Assembly: GCF_009834535.1 (NCBI RefSeq)
Contig: NC_045697.1
Coordinates: 59,026,001-59,090,000 of the forward strand
Direction: 5' to 3'
From: Camelus ferus
Lineage: Eukaryota
Length of the DNA: 64,000 nucleotides
Shown here: in pieces, positions 13,002-23,706 of the stretch
Layout of the letters: each line of letters begins with the position of its first letter
Numbering within the stretch: position 1 is the first letter of the stretch
Made by a program: the position numbers and the translations under genes
Notes under the pieces: generated by a model
Told to the model about the DNA's origin: nothing
The model's database searches: none
The model's input: only the letters and a program-made list of their open reading frames with translations

Positions 13002-13625
13002 GTTTTGTTTTGTTTTTAAGGGATTATAAGAAGACCAAGAAATACAAAGGATGCCTTTGTGGCTCAGCACACTGTCTACAGACCCAGATATCATGAAGCT
13101 TTGCATTCAAACCCCAGTTGTAATGAAGTTCCACAGAAGAATGGGTACAGTGAATGCAACCACCATGGATGTTAGCAGATTATGATACAAAGGGCAGTTA
13201 TCCCACAGAGAGGGCTGGCAGGGTGACAGGGGACCAACAAACGAATACACTGAAAGGCATAATGAGCCGGATTTCCACCCTCACACCTCCCCACATACTA
13301 TACAGCAAGGCAAGAAAGCCACCCAAATAACCTGCTACCCTCTATGCCCTCTACTCGCTTTTTAAGGCCGAAAACTCTAAACAGATAGACCTCTTTAAGA
13401 CAGCACAGTCCTATCCCGAGAATGAAAATAAAAGAAAGGAGCAGAGACTCGGCCTTAAAGACTTTACAGGACTGAGTCGACTTACGCGAGCCACACAAAT
13501 GGGTGTGTAGGAAGGTTATTTTCAATCCACCTGGAATGTGGGTAACAACTACCTCATACCTCAGGTCCGACTCATTTTTGAAACGGACCAGAAAAACAGC
13601 CACCCCAATCCATTCTCTCATAAAA
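12300..13625 (-). promoter_or_regulatory. CpG-retaining unique region, candidate internal promoter or alternative first-exon cluster
   Basis: More than 20 CpGs in ~1.3 kb against a CpG-poor background. Three minus-strand donors: TCGC|gtaagt (13486/13485), TGGG|gtaagt (12870/12869) and CTTG|gtgagg (12323/12322). Confidence 0.45.
12972..13017. repeat. (TTTTG)n pentanucleotide microsatellite
   Basis: Direct reading, about 9 units. Confidence 0.95.
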
Positions 13626-13736
13626 GGAGGCTTTTCAGAGATTTGAGAAGCTTACTGTTTGGATTTGATTGCCAACTTGAACACTGTGTGCTTGGGTAGT
13701 CTTTCATTGATCCAAATACTGTTCACTGTATTCTCT

Positions 13737-13815
13737 TTTTAATTTTTAAGGTGCACAATGTGATGATTTAATATATGCATACACTGTGAAATGATCACTG
13801 CAATTGAGCTACCAT
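13737..13815 (-). mobile_element. Short L1MA-like 3' terminal fragment
   Basis: TTTAAGGTGCACAATGTGATGATTTAATATATGCATACACTGTGAAATGATCAC. Confidence 0.65.
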
Positions 13816-16800
13816 TCATATTTACAGTATTTTAAAGCAATTGCAATGGTGTACATTACAAATTTCATATATTACAATATAAGTACTTATAGAAGATATT
13901 GTATATATTCTATATTAATATATAGAATCTTTGTTCTCTATTCAACTTCTTTTCCAGGTACATATGCTATTCTTGGTTTCTTCCTTATCAATATACACAC
14001 AATAAAATAAAATTCTAATTAATGAAAAGCATTTCATGATAGTTTCAAATATTCAGATGTAAACAATAGTTAACTGATAACTTCTTTACTTTCATGCTAT
14101 CACAATGACACCCTGAGTTGCAATACAAAAGTCACTTAAGAGTTTGATATTTAGAGTTTATAGGAATGAAGAAGTATTTCTCAAACCCTGAAATGTAGGA
14201 ATCAGATGCAACTTTTTATGTCCACATGCATGGATCTTTCTGATCAGTGCTTCCCTTTTACCTCCTGCACTGTCCTAGAAACACATAAACTGTGAGCACC
14301 CTGACACACACCTGAACATTTACTCCTATTTCCTCAAATCATCAGCCAGTCTTTGCCCTGATGCCTGCAACTGTCAAATCTCTTGCTTTTTTTGCTGGGT
14401 AAATTGCTCTAAGTAAAAGAGAAGCTGCCATTCTACTCTTTAAAAATGAAGCTTTTGACATTTCAGCATGTTAATAGATGGATAAACTGTATAACAGGAA
14501 CATCAGCCCTGAAAGAGAACTTGACCTGAATAGTCATACACTGCACTCATGCATTTATTATTGCACTAGGAGATGAATGAGAAAAGATGAAGAGGAACCA
14601 TTTTTCAAGATGCACGCTGTGATTTCTCATTACAGGGATAATCTTAAACAGTAATGATATTTCTTTAAAAGCTGAATAACTTTAAGAGTAAAACAGAATG
14701 AAAGGAATCTATGCACTAGCACTGCTTTTCTAAGTATCCCCCCTAAATGTGAGACCAGTCCGTCCTCATAATCCCAGATGCAAATTCTCCACTAAGAGAT
14801 GAAATTTGTTTAAATGTCTCCTCTTCAAACAAAACATAGATAATTGGTTATTAACTGAACATTTTATTAGTTTTTAATAAACCAGTTTTATTATTTTAAG
14901 CAATCTTTTCCAAGGAAAATCAGAAATTATTCTTTTCTTCACAGGAATAATTAGTTTATAAATGTGCTTTTAAAAGAGAGAGTTATGAATTTAATCCATG
15001 TGGATTATACAAGTTATTCTTTTATGCTTAATGAGGAAGCAGATATTGTATCTGCCATATAAATTTGGGAAATTTTAGTCAATAGATACAATTTAAGACT
15101 AGATTTTGTCCCCATTTAACCGATTAGGGTAACAAATCTCTTTCTAAATCCAATTTGATGAATAGAAAAATCCAACTAAAGCTGTCTCACAAATCTAACT
15201 CAACTGAATTTGAAAAACATGTCTTTTACAGTCTTGTCACAGAGTCTGTTAAAATATATAACATTCTATTCATGTTTGTTGTCTCTAACAAAGGGAGAAA
15301 AAAAGGAGATTAAAATAGTAAAACGCAAGTGGAGACATCTGCAGAAGTCTCCCCAGAGTCCTAAAATGTGACTAGAAAAACCTTGCTTCTAAGGCACATG
15401 TTAGAGACCTCTGGGAATGGCTCACAGTTTATATAAGGAAAGGAAGGTTGTCCCTGAAACATTTCCTGGTGGCTCTTAATAGTGACCACTCTGGTTTTTT
15501 CTTTGAAAACATTACGTATCTAAAGTTTAAAATGCTTCCTTTTACCTTCATTTCATGCCAAATATACCTTTTTACATTTTGCTGCACATAATTAATACCT
15601 CTCCACAACACAGCTATGTTTCTCAGAGTTTCATTCCTGATTATACCAGAGGAAGGGGAGCAATTTACAAAAAGGTCCAAGGGTGGAACTTCTCTCCCCA
15701 GTGCTCAAGAAAATCTATTCCAATCCTGAAATAGAGAAATAAATTTCAATTACCTGCAAACCATGAAAAAAAAAATTTTAAGTTTTTGCCAATGAAATTT
15801 ATATTGAAGGATGTTTTGATAATCAGGAGGTTCAATAAAGTTGAAAGGTTAAATAAGAATTAAATATGTTCAGATAAAATGAAATGCATTTAAGTGGCAT
15901 TCCGAAATAAAATTAAGACAGCTTCTAATCTACGGATATCCTTAGGATATTATACCACATATTTTGTGATGTGTTACCTGTGTCCTGAACAACAGAACAA
16001 AAAATAAAGTAGAATCCCATTGGTTCATAATTATAAGGATCCAAAAGTTTCAGGTTCAAATCACGTTCCCTGAGTGAATACAGCTCTTTGTACTAAAGAC
16101 ATGTTACACACCTAGTTTATAATAAATAAATTAGTTCTGCCAGCAATATTAGTATTATTTACATCAGAGTTAAAATTTCACAATGTATTATTTTTCATTT
16201 GATTTACAAGAGTCTATGAGTCTAAAGAGAATAAAGTTTCATTAAATATTTCCATGTGCTTATAACTTGGACTCAAACAAGCCACTTTTATCTATGGTTT
16301 ATTGACAAGGAGACAGCTTTTTAAGTCAAGATAGCCATAGGTACCTTGCCTCATGTTCCTGAAGGAGAGGAAATAAATCACATCATTTTATGTATTTGTA
16401 AAGTACACTATTTATTACATGGGTGAGAAGTTCACCCGTTAATGGAATACAGATTCTTTCACCATGCCAGCAACCCAATTGTCAGAGTCTTCAAAGACAA
16501 TAAATTCTTTAACCTTGATCTAACAGGTTAATAGCATGTTTTTCAAGACAAAATCCACAGAGCTTGAGATGACAGCTTTATTTTCATTGAAGCTTACTTT
16601 ATACACTTTTTTCCAATTGAATTACATGAAAAGTAGAATGAAATAACACACTACTTTTAACAGAATTATGGAACAGCTTAACTTTCTTCACATGTAAGTG
16701 TGCATGTTTATAAGTTAAAAGCAACTTCAGATATATAACATAATAGGAAAGAGCACCTGATTAATTTTAGTGATATTTTTATTTTTTTTCTCTCAAACCC

Positions 16801-17879
16801 TAACCATTTACTTATCTGAAACAATGATTCTATTGTTCACTTTGGTCATTAGCATCGATCAGCAAAAGAGCTTATATTTAAGACTTATTAAAACCATAAT
16901 TATCAATAAAACCCCAACTATGTTAAACTCTTTCTTATTGTATGTAGTTTTTAAGAGAAAAATAAATCACAACAAAGCATATTATAAATTATTATTCTTA
17001 AAACACTATCACCTAGTGTAGGTCCTGGACTCAAGAGATAAGTCACTAATTTCACCCAGAACCTGTAATTACAATTAAAAGCTTCATATTTCAAAAATAA
17101 AAAAGGTCCTCAGGTTCTGTAAGAATCTCTATCAAAGAGGATATATCATTTTTATAATGCCCTACTTAAAAATTAAAGTGCTAAAGCATTTTAGAAATAT
17201 TTTAATACAACTGAAAAATTGAAGTAACTGGCTCAAACTATAAATTTGAAGCTCCTTTAAATCAGGATACTTAATTACTCAAGAATTCCATTTATTAGTG
17301 ATTTCTTGTAAGTTTGAATATCAAATATTTGCATTCTTAATAGTGGCACAGGCTCACTAAAGATTTCCTTTTTAGGATGTAATCAAGATATAGTCTGCTT
17401 TTAAGTCAATTTGTGATGTTAGTGCAAAACAGAAATAATAGATTTCCAAGTGTTCTCTCCTATTCATAGGTGTTACTTCCTCTTCCTACTTCACTTGCAA
17501 AGTACATGTGATTATCTTCTACTTTGAACAAATGCTTATTTAAAGTAAATGATTTAAATTTTTTTGGAATGAAGTCCTTTACAGAGAGTAAATTTTAACA
17601 AAAATTTAGCCTAATTAAGCCAAAAAAATGTGTCTACTGCCAAACTGGAGGATAGATTTAGAAATCCATGATGGATTTAAAGCCCTATATAAATATCTCT
17701 TCTGTGAAGAGGACATATACTAAGATTTTTACAAGATTCATTCCAGTGAAAAGAATGCCAAGACATAATCCAATGTTTGTATAGTTTAAACTGGTGGAAG
17801 GGCAGTTTGTTCTAAAACTGCTCTCAAGGTTCTTACCTTGGTGGTATTTTCATTAAAAATAGATCAAACAATAATTAAC

Positions 17880-18370
17880 CTTCACTTACAGAGGGAGTAC
17901 TCTATAATTGTTTATCTACTGAAGTAAACATAGTCCCTTACCTTTAGGGACCTTACAAGCTAGAGGCAAAACAAGAACAGAAAACTAAAATACAAGACTG
18001 AGGTAAACTCCTTAATAGCGATATGAACAGGGTTTTCTAGAATTTCAGAAGAGGAACACTTACCCCTATACCTCGGGCTTCAGGGAAGACCCCCAGGAGG
18101 AGAATATACCTGAACTGAATAATGAAGAGTGAGTTTGAGCTGCTGAGGTCAAGAAACATGAGAATGGCACTCCTAGTAGAGGAAAGAACAAGACCCAAGA
18201 GAGAGTAACACGGAAGAGCGGAGAGCAGGACTCCTGTGGTTGTTTATTATGAATAGAAGTGTGAGGAGGGAAGTAACCAGTGAAACAGTCTGACAGAGAA
18301 CAAGTCAGATGATAGGAGCAATTGTGATACACAGTCTATAACACAATGAAGGCTTTGGATATTGTCTTAG
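17880..18370 (-). mobile_element. L2 remnant
   Basis: CATAGTCCCTTACCTTTAGGGACCTTACAAGCTAG...GGCTTCAGGGAAGACCCCCAGGAGGAG...GAAGGCTTTGGATATTGTCTT. Confidence 0.65.
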
Positions 18371-18590
18371 TAAACAAATGTGCTCAATATTGAAACCCCG
18401 GTTGGATGCTAAAAGGTGGCAATAACTATTGTCCTATTAATATGGTTGTTCCCATTTGTGGCTATGACTCTAGGAAGTTTTCAGTACACATAATAAGAGA
18501 TTTAAGCTAAAAGGCATTATACCTTCTAGTAGGCAGTAATAATATAAGAAGAAGAAATGTCACTTGCCCTCATGGATATCACAGGAAAAA

Positions 18591-18800
18591 ACGGTGTTTC
18601 TCAATGGGGTACCAAGGGCAAATATGGGGGAAAATTCGTTGTTCTAGGAGCCTGAAGCAGGCATTGCAAAATGTTCAACATCCCTGTGTGTCAGTCACTA
18701 AATGCCAATGGCAACTCCCAGTCAATGTGACAAAGGAAAATGTTCTTGCATGTTTTCAAATGCTGCAGGTGTGGTACCATTCTAGAGAAGAATTATTGGC
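18591..18800. mobile_element. hAT-Charlie MITE (MER20/MER112-like)
   Basis: CGGTGTTTCTCAATGGGG...GCATTGCAAAATGTTCAACATCCCTG...CACTAAATGCCAATGGCAACTCCCAGTCAATGTGACAA. Confidence 0.6.
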
Positions 18801-18899
18801 CTGGATGACAAATACTCATTAAAATATCCTTTTCCCAGTTAGAAGTTAGAAACCAAGTTTCTAAAGCACAGGGTCTATATTAGTTTAATATAAATATAT

Positions 18900-19130
18900 G
18901 ATATAATCAGAGAAAGGACAGGTTTTAAATTCAGAAAGAACTAAATTCACATTTCAGTTCTATCATATACTAACTACATAGTGATAAGAAAGTTCAGTTC
19001 ATTTCTCTAAACCTCAGATTCTCCACACATAAAAGCAGGCAATAATACTGTCTTACAGGGTTGAAACGATGAATAAATAAAGAGCACATGTAAATAGCCT
19101 GATAAATTATAGATGCTCAATACACATTTG
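18900..19130 (+). mobile_element. MIR SINE
   Basis: TCTCTAAACCTCAGATTCTCCACACATAAAAGCAGGCAATAATACTGTCTTACAGGGTTG...GATGCTCAATACA, MIR core. Confidence 0.7.
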
Positions 19131-19509
19131 TAGAAATTACACTTGAAATGCCTTACTTTACAGCAGCTGAAACAACATCCACAACATCTAAGAGACTTAT
19201 TCACTCCTAAGGAACAGTGAATGTGCCCACCTTTGTAAGCAACAATAGCATGAGGGAGCTTCAAATTTTATGCTCCTATTTTCCCAAGTCAAGAAAGAAA
19301 AGACTCGTCTGAAATTGCAATGTATGCATTTGAGTTAGAAAAATGACTAAACTCTGCAAGTAATTACATACATTTAAAAATCCATACTAGCAATTTATAT
19401 CTAGAAATGTTAGAAACTATTATTTATAGGTGAAATTAGTTTTATTTAGTATGTATGTTTCTCTAACCCCCAATTCCATAATGCTTAATTGTCTAAATAA
19501 AAATTTAAA

Positions 19510-20810
19510 TGTCCATATAGCAGGACCATCATAAACAAGGTTGAAAGTCTAAATGGAAAAATAATTTCTAATCAATGATAGACAAAGTTTTAATAACCCA
19601 AGTGTTAAGAAAAAGCTCTTATAAACTGAGCAAAAGGTGATCATAGAAAAAACTCATCTATAAAAATGTAAAGAGAAGGAAAAAACACTGGGAAAATATG
19701 TAAAATAGTTTTAACTTCATTTCTAAATACAATTTATTGAAACATAATTGGTCGTAATTTTTGGCTATCATAAAGTTCAAAGTTAAAAGATTGAGAATTC
19801 AGTGTCATTGCCAAGCATCAAGGAAGGGAAGCATTTTAGATACTATTGGAAGGAAAGTCTACCAGAACAAGTTTTCTGATAATCATGTTGGCTGGATATG
19901 TTAAACTCTACAATATGTACCTTTTTTCTTGAAATTTTACTTTGAGGTTTTTATCCTAGGGTTATAATTAGACGAGTACCAAAGTACATGGAAAGTCTTC
20001 TCTCCACCATCACACCCTCTCTTTAGCAAAGTGGTACATATACTGTCTCCACTGTCCCTGCTAAGTGCACAGTCTGCATTACCCCTCCGCTTTAACCTAA
20101 CTAATCAGAAAAGCAGAAGCCACTTGACTCATGCTGACCAAATACTGTTTCTCTCCACAGAATTTGGAAATAAAAAATGAAAACTTTCATTAGTCTTAAA
20201 TCATGAGCATATGTAGGAGAGGAACAACCATTTCCCACCATATACACAGTTGTAAAGTCAGCCAGCAGATGCCAAAGACAAGTTAAGACAACAAAATGTG
20301 CCTCAAAGTGAACCCAATTTATTTCTTGATTCAGGCGTTAAAGGAGACCCAAAGGCACTGAATATCCTGAGGTGCTCTGAGGTGCACCTGTCTCCTGATG
20401 TGCTCAGACAGCCTGAATAGCTCTCTCCTGACACCAAACAACGAGTAAGACAGTAATTCCTCTGCTTTATTTACGATTTTAGAAAACTGGAAACACCTCT
20501 TTATGCCCACCATTAGAAAATCAGTTAAATATCTGAACCCAGTATAGTCACACAAAGAGAACACAGACCTATATTTACTGTCCTAGAAGATGGTCACAAC
20601 ATACATTGAGTATAGAAAAAAGTTTACTGAACACCATCAATTCAATCTATGAAAACAGAGAGATATCTGAAAAGACAGCGACCTAAATTTAGGGAAATTT
20701 ATTTTTGTAGAGATGTCAGGTGATTTTATTCTCCTCTATGATTTTCTGCATTGTTAGTTTTTCATTGAGCACCTATCGTTTTTTAATAAATCAGGAAAAA
20801 TCAAATTGCT
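19510..20810 (+). mobile_element. Ancient L1ME-like fragment interrupted (~19990-20440) by an ERVL LTR16/LTR33-like remnant
   Basis: L1-like AAATTTTACTTTGAGGTTTTTATCCTAGGG (~19932) resumes at CTGCTTTATTTACGATTTTAGAAAACTGGAAACA (~20462). The intervening CACTTGACTCATGCTGACCAAATACTGTTTCTCTCCACAGAATTTGG resembles LTR16/33. Confidence 0.45.
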
Positions 20811-21243
20811 ACATTTGAAACAAATCATAATAGAAATAAAAGAAATGAGTAACAGAAAGAAAAGGCTCAGGGAAACATCAAAGGACTAACATTTCATTTC
20901 CTACAAAGGATGGTTTGATCCTTATAGGAAGGAAATGCTGACATTACTATCAGCTTTCAAGAGCAGGTACAAGCAATGATATAATGTTGTCAGATTTCTT
21001 TGAATTTCTATGAGCCAGCTAAATTTTTTTATAAGACTTGTTTTATTTTATAAAGTTATTTGAAACCGTATCAGGAAGACTTGCAAGAGTAGACAAGTAT
21101 TTTACTTAAATGCTAAGAGTATAGCTTTTAAATTTGTATCCTGTCCTCTAAGCTGTTCAGAAGCAAGGGGGTTAAAAATCAATAAACACCAGTCCTTCAT
21201 CTCTGCTCAATTTAGCTCCTTTGGTGAGCAAAGAATTCCTTAC

Positions 21244-21423
21244 GGCTAACATCCAAAGCATCCAAATTTCAGGCAGCTTGACAGGGCTTTCAACCAGGTC
21301 AGTCCAAACAGAGATAGTAATCAAGTCTCCCACGATGGATTTCATTCACAGAGCGGGACTGATTACGGAGCAGGTCGAATCACTGCACTCTATTGACTGG
21401 AGATCAATTTTCAGCTTGAGGGA
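21244..21423 (-). other. Candidate 180-nt exon
   Basis: Acceptor ctttattgtgtactgttctccatag|TCC and donor GCC|gtaagg; unique, CpG-retaining sequence. Confidence 0.35.
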
Positions 21424-22050
21424 CTATGGAGAACAGTACACAATAAAGCAGGAGGAGGACCAGGAGAATTCAACAGTGTAAGAAACCAAACTAAATGAGA
21501 TCCTCTTAGTATAAAGAGAGGCCGATCATATCACCTAACATTCCTGCCATATTTATCAGGAAAATATTCTGCTTTAGAAAAACAATGATTTAAATAAGCA
21601 AATAAAGTTTCGTCTAAATTTTATATAATTCTGTTTAATACATCTCCACAAAGTAAATTAACCTAAATTTAAAAACAGAAAACCTTCAAATCTAGCTATT
21701 TTCTCTAGTGATGAATGGTGTTCTCTTTGCCATGTCCCTTTATAGGCTGGGGATACGCACCTAAGTAAAATTTGTTTAGAAGGTCGTATGCTATGTTTCT
21801 GTCTTTCCATTTCATTGCAAGGAAGATACTCTTTAGTATATAATGAAACAATTGGCATAGGCCTTATAAGTTTTGCCTCTGCTTTATAGTCAATCATTGG
21901 GAAAGTGTCACTGGGTCCAATTATCTCAGGAACGAATGTCAGCATGTTTTTGCTTTCTGTATCACCCAGAACCCTAGAAGTTCTCTATGCTATCCCAGCC
22001 TGTCCAAATTAGAACTGAAAATTATAAAGCTTAATTCCCTCTACTGTAAA

Positions 22051-22183
22051 TAGGGTATCTACTATATCCTAGTTTGCTAGGCATAGTTCCAGTGCACGCC
22101 AATCATCCTGGAGTAAATGTTAATAGCCCCTATATACTGTCAGAGGTGACCCAGTTTGGACTATAAATTAATCCATCTTCCTA
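22051..22183. mobile_element. MER94-like hAT-Blackjack MITE
   Basis: TAGGGT...TCCTAGTTTGC...GTTAATAGCCCC...CCCAGTTTGGACTATAAATTA...CCTA; ~133 bp with TAGGG/CCTA termini. Confidence 0.75.
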
Positions 22184-22299
22184 GTGAAAAAAGTATGCAA
22201 ATCCTGCCCATGCAAAAGACACAAATCAACAACAGAATAACCTCTTATAACTCCTGCTCCATTTCACAGAACCATCAAACTCGATTCCTTCTTCTCGTG

Positions 22300-22870
22300 G
22301 ACAATTTCTTAAAATAATTTTTGACAGTTTTAATGGCAGCTTCCATTTCATTTCCAATTATGCCTCCATATTTTAGAGCCCAAGTTCTGTCTCTTAAAAA
22401 CTACTAAACACACTCATGGATTAACAAATTAAATTGTGTTTTCTCAGTTGATATGCCAACAGCATAAAGAAACACTGGATATCTGATCACTTCATCTCTC
22501 TTAAAGTTGTTTCTTTCTTATTTATCATTTTTATAGTATCTTTTTAACTCTTGAAATTTTCTTTGTCTCTTTCTCTTTATTTGTATGATTTCTCCAGACT
22601 TTTCACCTCTTATACTACTTCCTTTTCTTTAGTGATCTACTCCAATCCTAGAATTTCAGCTACCACCTCTATGTTCATGACAGGAGAATCAGTCCCTTGA
22701 ACTGACTTCTCCCCCAAACCTAAGAATTTCAGTTTTGATCTGACTGGAAGGCACTTCTTTATGGCATCCAGAGGCATGATGAACTCAGGAAGTTCCAATA
22801 AGTTTTCATCACTTTTAAATGTGCAATCTCTCTCCTACCCCAAGTGCTTTATTCATCTTTCTATCTTGGA
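22300..22870 (+). mobile_element. L2 remnant
   Basis: TGATCTACTCCAATCCTAGAATTTCAGCTACCACCTCTATGTTCATGAC...CTTCTTTATGGCATCCAGAGGCAT. Confidence 0.55.
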
Positions 22871-23283
22871 GAGTGTATCTAATGGTGCTTTAGGCGAGAT
22901 GGTAATATTCAATACCCACAGTAAAGTGAATCAAAAGGAAAGTGTTCTTGACATGGGGAAAGCTAAACTTAGTAAGTTAGGCCTGTTGTGAAATTAGTCT
23001 ATGATTCTTTTACCAAAGTCAAAAAATACCTTCATTACTACCCACTACCACAACATTAGCAATCAGAGCAAAACTTGGTATGTTTCTGACTTGAACTCTG
23101 CTAATCAAAAAGCACTAGATAAGAAATGTTCTATAGTTTTTCTTCTGTGATCAATAAATTATTTTTTGGTTTACTATTTAAAGAGTCACAAGGTTCTATA
23201 ACCATCTAAAACAGCTTATAAAACAGTAAATATCTGATAAGTTAGCTTTACAATAGGTTTGATTTCTCAAAATAGAGCATTTT

Positions 23284-23706
23284 TTTTATTTGAAGTGTAG
23301 TTGACAATGTTAGTTTCAGATGTACAGCAAAGTGATTCAGTTATACATTATATATATATATATTATATATATACACACACACATACATATACACACAAAT
23401 ATATATATTTCTTTTCAGATTCTTTTCCATTATGTTATTACAAGAAATTGGATACAGTTCCCTGTTCTATATAGTAAGGTCCTTGTTGCTTATCTCTTTT
23501 ATATATGGTAAGTGTCTATTAATCCTCAACCCCTAATTTATCCCTCCCCGTCCTTTCCCCTTTGGTAACCATAGTTTGTTTTCTCTGTCTGTGGGTCTGT
23601 TCATGCCTTGTAAATAGAATTTGTATCATTTTTTTTTTAGATTCCACATATAGATTCTGTCTTTTTCTATGTGACTCACTTCATTCAATATGATAATCTC
23701 TAGGTC
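23284..23706 (-). mobile_element. 5'-truncated L1 3' end (cetartiodactyl type) with 16-bp TSD
   Basis: TTGAAGTGTAGTTGACAATGTTAGTTTCAGATGTACAGCAAAGTGATTCAG...GGTAACCATAGTTTGTTTTC matches the reverse complement of an artiodactyl L1 3'UTR. CAAAATAGAGCATTTT is duplicated at 23268-23283 and 23707-23722, followed by TTTT|AAAA. Confidence 0.88.

Noticed and set aside
13544..13557. Minus-strand TGAGGTAGT resembling the let-7 5' end
   Set aside because: Only 9 nt match and there is no pre-miRNA hairpin.
15331..15352. 22-bp near-perfect palindrome GGAGACATCTGCAGAAGTCTCC
   Set aside because: Isolated with no supporting context, and plausible by chance in 64 kb.
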